Of a stretch of DNA of 64,000 nt, positions 33,240 to 43,006 are shown one piece after another (the stretch's first letter is position 1; every line of letters starts with the position of its first letter). The position numbers were made by a program, and so were the translations under genes. The notes beneath the pieces were generated by a model. The model searched no databases and was not told the DNA's origin. It saw only the letters and a list, made by a program, of their open reading frames with translations. Source of the stretch: Pachysolen tannophilus NRRL Y-2460 (Eukaryota); contig KV454017.1 of assembly GCA_001661245.1 (NCBI GenBank), positions 549,061 to 613,060 on the forward strand. The letters are read 5' to 3'.

Positions 33240-35730
33240 CATTAAAAATGATACAAATCCCGAAACAAATAATAGATATAAGGGAATCATTTTAGAAGCA
33301 ATAACTGAAACATCAAATGACGTATTGGCAGATAATGCTGTCATTGATAATTTGCATTATTCTTTAGAAAGTCATAATGAACATAATTTACTAACAACTG
33401 TAATAGAAGATCAGAAAAATGATTTTGAATTTTTAGCAGATAGTCCAATTTTGCAACTGCTGAATGATGAATCTACTGCATTTCTGGTAAAGCCATTTTT
33501 TTTCAACAATAATGATGACAATAGACAAACTTCAACAAATGATAGCTTGTTAGGATTAGAAGAAAGATCTCTTTCTAATGCAACTTCTGCTTTTGACTAT
33601 ATGAGATCTTCAGAATCTATTTCAAGTTTCGAATCTCCAAATTCTGCAGCTATAAGTTTCCCTCAACAAAAGGAAAACTATGATGAATTAATGGCAAAAA
33701 GTTCACCTTCCATTTTTCAATTCATCGAACAGGACTCTTACTCCTCATGTATTGATCCTTATAATTTTTCATTACTGGATAATGATCACAAAGAAGAGTT
33801 TGCTTTGAATGATTCTATAAAACTTGATAAAAACAATTACAATGGTTCAATATTATCAATGAATTTTAAATCTAAGAAAGATTTTACACCAAATTTCGAA
33901 AATATAATAAATCCTGAAAATTTCAATAATCAACAACAATTATTTTATATAATCGATAAATATGGGTGTAAACTAATAAGATTATATTTAAATTATGTCA
34001 ATCCATTTATGCCTATTCTTTCAGATGATCAAATTAGCTTGTTTTTAAATAACCAATCGGCGGCAACGATAAATTCTAATTTGAAAAGATTGGGTTTACC
34101 TTTAATTGCGTCTATTATGGCTGCAGCTTTAGATTATTGGCATCTTGATCAAGATTTAGTTTCAATTGAAAAACCATCAACTGATCACATCAGTAATATG
34201 GCAATTGACCTCATTTTTAGGGACTTTAATTTTAAATCACATGTGGCCGCATCGTCATCCATTAATTTCAATGAAAAATATGAGCTACTTCAAGCTTGCT
34301 TAATTATTTGCATCAAAAGTTCTTCGAATATCTTTAATCTTGATCAATTGTTTAAAATTAAAACTCTTAATAAATTAATTGTTGTCTCATATTCATTGGC
34401 AATGGAGTTGGGATTAAACATTGACTTATCAAATACAGAGAAAGATAATAGTTATCTTTCTAAAGATGAAAGAAATTTTAGAACCAATCTATGGTGGTGC
34501 TTTTATATACAGGAAAAATGGTTGAGCTTAGTTGTTGGGAGAAGAAGTTTAATTAAAGAAAATGATATTGAATATCGTCTTCCAATTGAAACACCAGATC
34601 ATCATTTGATTGCTTCTATAAGTGATACAAATATTAGAAAAATTGGAAGAAAGTATTTTGAAGAAATGATTAAATTGACTCTCATTTCATCTGAAATATT
34701 AACAAAATATTATTTTGCCGATGAAAATGATTCCGATCTTTTTCATAATTCGAAATCTCATTTTGAACTGTTGGATACATTTTATAATTTATCAATTGAT
34801 TTGGAAACAAAGTTACTCAACTGGAAGAATAAATTGTCGCAATCGTTTAACCTTTCAAATGAAATAAAGACAGAAACAACAACAGATTCTTACACAAATG
34901 CTTATGCCTCTTTACATATGTCTTATTACGTTGCAAATTTAGCAATTTCAAAATTTGCTTTAAAAAGATTTTCAAAGACATATTTCCAATTAGCTACAAA
35001 TAATCTTGAAAATATTTCAATTTGTAATTCAGAAAGTTTTGAATTAAAATTTAATAAAATTAAATTAAAAGCAGTCAAGACATCGATTGAATGTTCGAAT
35101 TTGGTTAAAAATTTAACTTTAAATGATTTAAATAGTTTTTGGTATGCTTTCACCAATCTTGAGTTCACATTTATTGGCAATTTTTTCTTGTTATTATGCA
35201 TAGTTATTGAAAAGACAATGAATGATCTCCAACTAATGGGTACAAATGAAGATAATTCAAATTCTTCATTTTTTTACAATAATAATTTACAATTTAAGAC
35301 TACAATGCAAAAAGTTATAACTGATTTCAGGATTGATGTTAAAAACAAATCAACCCAATGGAATTTTTGTAAATTGGTAAATGATTTATTCATGAAATTT
35401 AAAGGTATTGGAGATTTCAACGTTTTAGACAAATGTCTTGAAGGCAACATCATTACTACAGAAAAACCTCAAACATCATTTTTAAATTTGAATGAAAATC
35501 AAAATATGTATTACCAAAACTCCAATTATGATTCACAATTTTTCGTCACTAAAACTCAACAAAAGACAATATATCCAAAAAGTAACATCGTCAATGATGA
35601 GTTTACAAGTTTCACTGCTAGATACGGTGGAACTGAACCGATGGAATCATCGAATGCTTATACATTTTTAAATCCGAAAAAATTGTCTGCGGCTCATGAT
35701 ATAAAGCATACAGAATCTTACTTTAATTAA
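32404..35730 (+). CDS. Zn(II)2Cys6 transcription factor with fungal-TF middle homology region
   Basis: RPCDFCRRRKACC...PCKLC...ECTF; AMELGLN...ERNFRTNLWWCFYIQEKWLSLVVGR; poly-Asn. Start at ATG 32404 or 32503. Confidence 0.93.
33176..33240 (+). repeat. (AAT)n coding microsatellite, poly-Asn
   Basis: Seen directly. Confidence 0.95.
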
Positions 35731-36060
35731 GATAAGCGTTTTTTTTTTTTTTGTTTTCACTGAGAAGCTTTTTTAAACTTCATCTTTTAGAAGTAGTTAT
35801 ATTTTATTCTATATTTATGATTATAAATAGCAGCTTTCTACAGGGTAATCAAGTTTTTTTTTTTCTTCTTTTTTTTAAAAAGAAAAATTCATGTGAATAT
35901 TTCAAGTATTTTAAATTTTATTACGAAGAAGATTATTTATTACTTTTAAGGATGTTTATGTTGAAATATGTACTTAGTAGCGGATATTGTCTTAGAAGTG
36001 CGGCTACAGACGCTTTAAATAAATAAAAAAAACATAAAAAACCGGAAAAAAAAATTAAAT

Positions 36061-36148
36061 AGCCCGACGCGGGGGTCGAACCCGCAACCTTTTGATATCC
36101 GTTTAATATCGTAAGAGTCAAACGCTCTACCGATTGAGCTAGCCAGGC
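36061..36148 (-). tRNA. tRNA-Lys(CUU) with a 15-nt intron (36097-36111)
   Basis: Manual fold: GCCTGGC/GTCGGGC acceptor stem, GCTC/GAGC D-stem, TTTGA-CT-CTT-A[intron]A-TCAAA anticodon arm, GCGGG-TTCGACC-CCCGC T-arm. A T-run terminator follows. Confidence 0.96.
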
Positions 36149-36877
36149 TTAAATTTTAATTGTTTTTGTCCCATGATAAACATCTGCATTTATACTCTTA
36201 AAAACCTATGCAAAAAGTGTAGTTACCTACACCACAACTTCGCCTCTCACACCATTTACACCAACATCCTACACCGGTATATATCCCCAATCCCAATTTA
36301 TGAATTGTATATTACATATATACATAGATATAGTTTTCTAGGAACCTTCAAGCTATTGTGACAGAAGCAATTTTCTTTGGTATTCTTTTTAACTTGTTTT
36401 AAAGCTTTTTCAACAGAATGATGACAAACAATTTTGAATTGAACCAATAAAATACCAAAAAAAGCTATCCATTTCTAATTTGTAACTACTTTAAGGATTA
36501 ATTCTAATCTTGAATCTTATTTCTATTAAATTTCAATTAAAAGTTTACAATTGGCAAAGAGTAATTGAACATTTTTTTTTTTCATTTAGTTTCAAAACGT
36601 ATAAAATTTAAGTTATAAATTTTTATTGAAAATAAGATATTAGTATATTAAAGAAGTTGAAATTTAACCTGTGTAAAAACCCAATAACTGAAAAGCAATG
36701 CCAAAATCACCGCTATATACTGAAAAGAATGCAACTATAAACAATACTCCATCAAAGTGAAATAAATAATTAAAAATTAAAGATACTCAAAAGAAATTTT
36801 TCAAACGAAAATAAAAATGTAATAATAAAAAACCATCTAGTCGCCAGATAATTAATTAAGACGCAAAAAAAAAAACA

Positions 36878-37171
36878 TTAAATCAAACGACCTTGTGAAT
36901 TATTATAAAGTCTTTGCGCAGCTACTGCATCTGTACTACAAACGCTCGAAGTAGATTGTGATTTAACCTCACCATTAGGACCATAAAACCAAGCCTTTTC
37001 TTTAATACAATTTGATCCAGCACAACCACATTCCTTATGATGTGTAATATCACTTTGAGAATCAGACATAATCAAGGATGGATGATGAGATGGTATGGTG
37101 GGTCTTTCCTGTTGCTGTTGTTTAGGAATATAAATCTGATTTTTAATGCTGCTTAATCTCTCTGTTTCCAT
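36878..37171 (-). CDS. Small uncharacterised protein (about 97 aa)
   Basis: ATG-initiated ORF, more GC-rich than its flanks, not overlapping another gene; contains CGCAGSNC and AWFYGPNG. Confidence 0.55.
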   Translation of the reverse strand: METERLSSIKNQIYIPKQQQQERPTIPSHHPSLIMSDSQSDITHHKECGCAGSNCIKEKAWFYGPNGEVKSQSTSSVCSTDAVAAQRLYNNSQGRLI

Positions 37172-37649
37172 TTTTCTTGTTGACTTATACAAAAATAAAT
37201 AAACAATAACCCAGTTAAAAGACAGCTGACAGCTACTTAAAGAGTACTGTATAAATCTGCGAAAAAAAAAAAAAGAATTGGATTTCCCTTTGTTTAGAAT
37301 AACAAAACCAACCTGGTAACCGTGAAATAAAATTTATAAGTAACAGCTAACTAAATGTAATTATAAACAATAATAAAAGAAATAAAACAAACTCATCATT
37401 TAATTTTAAAATTTTTGTATCTATCTATATCAGGATCTGCTGTTTCGAGTTATTTTTTTTTTATATATTTTGATAAGATAAGTAAGCCGCAGACGAGATG
37501 CATGTCACATTAAGTGATACTTGCAGTTGTGCGTCCAAGTTATCAAGACGATATTCCATAAAGGGTAACTGTTAAGAAAAAAAAAGAAAAGAAAAAAAAA
37601 ATAAACGAAAATAACCAAACATAAGATAGACTTCAAAAACAAATTCAAA

Positions 37650-40600
37650 CTATATTTTATTTTCTTCTAGTTGAAGATTTTTCCAGAGATCAGATAACTA
37701 GTTTAGCAAAAATAAAAAAAAAAAATAATAGAATATTATCATAATAGTTAGAGAATTGCCAGGGGTAAGCTGAAGAAAAAAAACAAAGTTTTTTATGAAT
37801 ACTTACTTTTCTTTCAGCATCTGGAGAGATATAGCCTGAGAGTTTCATAGAGATTGTACACCAATATTCGCCTTCCTCTCTCCGTTTTTCACTGCATTAG
37901 CATTGTTAGAAATAAGGGTTCTTAGTTTTTTTTTTTTTTTTTTTTTTTCTTTCATTGTAGTTGGAAATACTCACATTATATATGAAACTCCTCGATTCCA
38001 ACAAGTGATCGATAACCACTCTATTTCTTCAATTGGGACCGGATCTTCGGTAGTAGTTACACGAATTCTCGTATACATTTGATCGACAATACGTTTCCAA
38101 GTTTCTTCCTCTTTTGTTGATAAATTCTCTAGTAAAAATCTCACCCATTTAGAAACATTTTTAGAAGATACCGATTTACTTCCAATGGATCTATCAGCAA
38201 TTATTAATAAAATTGAAGATTTTTTTGAAGATGATATATTTTTTTGCTTGTTAATAGTATGAATTAAAACATTATCTAGCTTCAAGGAATAAGGTACAGG
38301 TAATTTTTGTGTTTCTTGGGCCGTGGTTTCCGCAGAGCTCCAGTTACTTAAGCATAAATCTGCATTAAATTGAAAAGATAAAATAGTAGCGTATGATTCA
38401 TTCCAGATTGCTTTCTCATCTTCACCACACTCCAGTAATTTTCGTAAAATAAAAGTATTTAAATTCAAACAACACTGTAAGATTTCTTTCCATATCTCTA
38501 TTTTTTCATTTTCCTTGATCATTTCATCAGCTGTTAGCATAGACAAAGATAGTAAATACACAACATAGCTTCTAGTATACCATATATGTAACCTGCTGTT
38601 GTTTTCATTACTGATATCTTTTGGAATTAGTTCATTAAATTTAAATGAAATTTTAGATAATTCCTTTGAATATGTACATAGCGATGACTCAACACATTCT
38701 AAAGATATTGTATAACTTTTAGATGAAAACCATTCCAAATCATTAAAAGTGAAAACTTTTCGATTATTTTTTTTCTTTGAAACAAATAAAGCAAACTGAT
38801 AACTTTCATAGAAAAGTTCTTGTAACTTATCTAAATACAATATCATCATATTCTTATCAGTTTCTTTAACACTATTGAACTCCTGGATAATTAACTCAAC
38901 AGTAGAGCGTAAAGAGGAAACTATTAATAGATCATTGGATAATGTTGTCACATCCGCTTCATTATTCAACCCGCTAACATTAATACTTTTAATAACAGAC
39001 ATAACACCATGGATGGTGACATTGAAATTATCTATTTTTCTTGCTTCAATTGTAGACATTGCCAATACCGTAATTCGATTTGGGTCTTTGGAATTATTAA
39101 TCGTATCCAATATTTTGATTGCCTTCGTATTATCCTTTTTCAGCAAAGAAACCATGAACAAACAATATTGGGTGATTGGATTCAATCTGTCGTCATCATC
39201 CATCGTGTTACATAAAGATTCAACTTTATCATACTGGCGTAAAGCTAAATTGCACTTCAAAATATTTCTTTGAATTTTTCCCTTTTGCGTATTCTCATGA
39301 CTAATTAAACGGTGTAATGATAATTCAAACCAGCTAATTGCTACTTTATAATTTTTTTCCTTCTTTAAACGTGTTCCAGAATTCCACAAAAGTGTGACAA
39401 TACAACTTGAACATCTCTTGGTCAAAGGTTTAAAAAATTTCTTTTCAGAAGTGTTCAAATAAGAACTGATATCTTCTGGTGAAGGACTTTCAAATTTTGA
39501 AATACTGATCCATATTCTCACAGTCATTAACGATTCCAAATGATCATGAAAATCTTTAATAGGATCTAGCTTATCACTATTGACAATATAATCTAAACAG
39601 CGAATTGCTCCCATAGGATCATAATTTGCGTGTTCATTAATTAAACCCATAATTTCTTTAAAATTCTGTGCAAATGAAATTGATTTCAACATTCTCATAA
39701 TCACTTTCTCTATATCCTGAGCTTGGTTTTCTGTTTTTTGAGACTTCAAAAAATTAACGAGTAACGTATATGGTTCAATTTTAGTTGGAAATTTGTTTTC
39801 CAAATACGAAATAAAATTATGAGCTTTATTATAATCATCTCGTTTCATACAACAGTGTATTAGTAAGATCAAATTGTTTAAATGAACAATTCTAACTGCA
39901 TCTTCATCGGTTTGAATTGACTCTAAATATTCAAAACATTTGCTACCAAAGTAGAAGCTTTGATCAAAAGTATTTCGATTGAATAAATTTAAACTTGCAT
40001 TATACAATATTCTGCAATAATTTAAAATAAATTTTGAATCAATAATTCCTTCATTTAATTTTTTTGCTATAGAAATTTTTGAATCATATAATTTTGCAAT
40101 TTCAAAATCACGGACACAAAGGGATAATTGTATATCTACAACGTATATTTCAACCTTGATAAGTTCCAATTGAGGTGCCAATTTCCTCAAATTAATTGAA
40201 TTTTCAATTTCAAGCAAAGAAATTAACTTATCTGAATAATCTTGAATTTTTTTGGCTAAATCAATCTCATTTTCATCCATGCAGGAATTAAATAATTTCA
40301 AAAACAATTTAAGAATTTTCAACTTGTTATCGACTGATTTCTTAAATGATTCATGAACCCACAATAACATGATTGCAAACAATCTAACATTACATACAAC
40401 TGATTTCAAGTTACCCTCGTAAGATCTATAGTACACAGAAGCCGTGTTCCATAAACTTGAACCTGAAGCATCTATAGATTCCAATGTAACAGACGTTACC
40501 GATTCATTCTCATCACTTACTTTTTCAGTTTTAGTATAATTGGTATTCCTAATCGATTCTAAAATCGGCAACAAACTGGTAACATTAACCGTCTCAATCT

Positions 40601-40796
40601 CATTCTGCTCAAACAGTCGAATGAAACTTTTGGCATTATCTATTGTACAATTCAAATGTTAGATCTCATAATTATACTTCTTCTCAATCTAGACAATACA
40701 ACATTCACAATGTTGTAGTGCAAAAATGATACTTCTAAAAGGGAAAGGGTAATAAATACCATCCAACTGTTTCAAAGTTTCTTCAACATTTGACAT
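37650..40796 (-). CDS. SPO22: Meiotic ZMM TPR protein Spo22/Zip4; exons 40796-40760, 40639-37975, 37891-37807, 37697-37650
   Basis: SCIVTLLWNSG, WFELSLH, KIQRNILKC, EWFSSKSY, EIEWLSITCWNRG motifs. Introns GTATTT..CTAAC..TAG, GTGAGT..CTAAC..CAG and GTAAGT..CTAAC..TAG all keep frame and give the C-terminus EEGEYWCTISMKLSGYISPDAERKLSDLWKNL, similar to yeast Spo22. Alternative in-frame ATG at 40805. Confidence 0.88.
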
Positions 40797-41003
40797 AACT
40801 TCCATTTCAAAGCTCTTAAGCCAAAAATCAACACAAAATCAATCCAACAAGATAACCAAACGCTCTTTAATTCAATTAATAATATAATAAAATACAATTA
40901 GATAAATGAAATGTTCAGATCTCATAAGCGTTTAAATTTAATCTGGATTTTTGATTTGATTTCTTGTATGCTAATATTGCACGACTAAATTTGAATATAT
41001 ATT

Positions 41004-41651
41004 TTATGTATTTAAAATCATCAATTGGTTGGTTGGTTGATTTTGATAAAAAAACCAGGAATGCATTATAAGATAAGCACATGTAATGAACGATCCTATG
41101 TCAAATGCTAAAACCATATTTGGATAACCTGAAATTAAGGAACTAATCAAAGTATCAAAAGATCTCACTGAAATCAATAATGACAAATCCAATGAATAAA
41201 ATCTATTTTTCGAAACAGCATCTATTTGAAAACGCGGGAAATTAACCGCTGAAGAAATGAAACTTGAAACAAAAATTGAAATTAATCTAACTAATTCATT
41301 GTTTTTCATCTTGAAAACTTTCAACAAAACCAGTCTCAAAGCTGGATCTATAGAGTTCAACGTAAAAATCAATTTGAACATGAAAAATGGGAACTTATCT
41401 AACTGAGCAGCTTTTCTTAACAATTTATAACATTTAAGCAAATCATTTTTAAAATCAAAATCATTTTTTCTATGTTTAAACAGAATCACCATTCTACTTA
41501 TCAACTTCGGCAAAGTGATATATATATACGTGACAAAAAAAGCTTTTGCAGATGATTTAGCATTCTTGTTTGCATATTTCATTAAGAGTTGAACCACCAA
41601 AGCAATCTGCTCTGCCTTAGTTTTTTGCTTCATCAAGTTCGCAGAACTCAT
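41004..41651 (-). CDS. N-terminal half of a TMEM135-family membrane protein (split gene)
   Basis: FPFF...LDLSLLISVRSFD...FITCAYLIMHSWFFY. Family similarity stops at Tyr202 and is followed by 13 unrelated residues. Confidence 0.8.
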   Translation of the reverse strand: MSSANLMKQKTKAEQIALVVQLLMKYANKNAKSSAKAFFVTYIYITLPKLISRMVILFKHRKNDFDFKNDLLKCYKLLRKAAQLDKFPFFMFKLIFTLNSIDPALRLVLLKVFKMKNNELVRLISIFVSSFISSAVNFPRFQIDAVSKNRFYSLDLSLLISVRSFDTLISSLISGYPNMVLAFDIGSFITCAYLIMHSWFFYQNQPTNQLMILNT

Positions 41652-41772
41652 ATATTAAATTTTTTTTTCTTTTTTCTTTTTTTTTGTTTTTTCCTCCAAA
41701 CCACTGAAAACTATTGATAACCAAAAATCACAAAAGTTGCCAAGTCACACCATATACTATACTCTTCCCTAA

Positions 41773-42579
41773 ATGCTTCTCTTTCCTACAAGATTACCCC
41801 CAAGTTATCGTAACTGGATAACAAAAGCTGCAAATATGGATACAGAATTAGTTGAAGCCTTAAGATTAATGCATAGTAATCAATTATTTTATGGGAAGCC
41901 TAGTGAAAATGAAAAAGTTTTAGAACCATTATGCTTAAGAATTAATATTGATCCACTGACAGGTAATCCTGCAAAGACTTTTCCTATTCCTTGTAAAGTT
42001 GTTCATTCAGGCTTGACAGATAGTTGTGAAATTAATTCATTAATAAAATTTTGGAAAGGTTTTAAATTTGCATTCAAGATATACGCACCTTTAAATTCTA
42101 TTATCATGTTAATTAGTGCGGTAAACACAAAAAACAAAATCATGTTTCGTTCCATTTTCATTAAAAATTTAATATCATCCTTAAGGTCTTCAATTTTCTT
42201 AGCTACTTTTATAGCCTTGAATTGGTATCCGATTTGTCTCTTTAGAAATAAAATTGGACCGTTTTTGTCGAAATACAAGTTATTATCATCAACTGTGAAT
42301 AATAATTTTGACAAATCTTTAGCTCCATCTTTTGGTTCTTTTATTTGTGGATTAAGTTCTTTAATTGAGACCTCGAAAAGAAGAAAAGATTTGACCTTGT
42401 TTATGGCTCCAAAAGCATTATTAACTATTATACCCTTGGAACTGAAAGAATCTTACTTACGAATTGAAAGTTTCGCATTTAGTGTTTTTTTCGCAATCTT
42501 GGTTTGTTACGCAAAAGAGCACCCAAAGAAAATAAGAGGCATGTATGGTAAAGGGTTGAGCGCTCTATTAAAATTGTAA
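41773..42579 (+). CDS. C-terminal half of the same TMEM135-family protein (split gene)
   Basis: PTRLPPSYRNWI...PCKVVH...SC...LRSSIFLATF...LIETSKRRKDLTLFMAPKAL are typical TMEM135 motifs; the ORF starts mid-domain. Confidence 0.85.
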   Translation: MLLFPTRLPPSYRNWITKAANMDTELVEALRLMHSNQLFYGKPSENEKVLEPLCLRINIDPLTGNPAKTFPIPCKVVHSGLTDSCEINSLIKFWKGFKFAFKIYAPLNSIIMLISAVNTKNKIMFRSIFIKNLISSLRSSIFLATFIALNWYPICLFRNKIGPFLSKYKLLSSTVNNNFDKSLAPSFGSFICGLSSLIETSKRRKDLTLFMAPKALLTIIPLELKESYLRIESFAFSVFFAILVCYAKEHPKKIRGMYGKGLSALLKL

Positions 42580-43006
42580 GTTTTTTTTTTTTTTATTTTC
42601 ACCTATGTAATGTATTCTACAACTGTAAATTGCTTCATTTTATAGGTTTATGTGATTATTAATAAATAACGATAACGAAAAAGCAAAAATCGAACAAAGA
42701 TTTATAAACAATGGCAAACTTGTGTTTTTCTAATATTAATGATTAAATTACAAAAGAAAAAAAAAAAAAAAAAAAAATAGACATTCAAACAAGATAAAAC
42801 AAAATTCAATTTTTTGACTGTGCTATTATTTTTTTCAAATTTAGAAATAAAAACAGATAAGAAACTCTGAAAGAGCAAAACGATTGAAATTTTTTTGGAA
42901 AACAACACTTAATTTTCTTTAGAGACAAGAGATTTAAAATAGAACAAAAAACATAAAACAAAAAACAAAAGAAAAAAAAAAAAAAAATTCAAGAAACAAA
43001 ATGAAT

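Noticed and set aside
41030..41800. Recombinase-type inverted repeats at the inversion breakpoints
   Set aside because: Only a 2-nt shared microhomology is visible and no recombinase gene is in the window, so a programmed flip is not supported by sequence alone.
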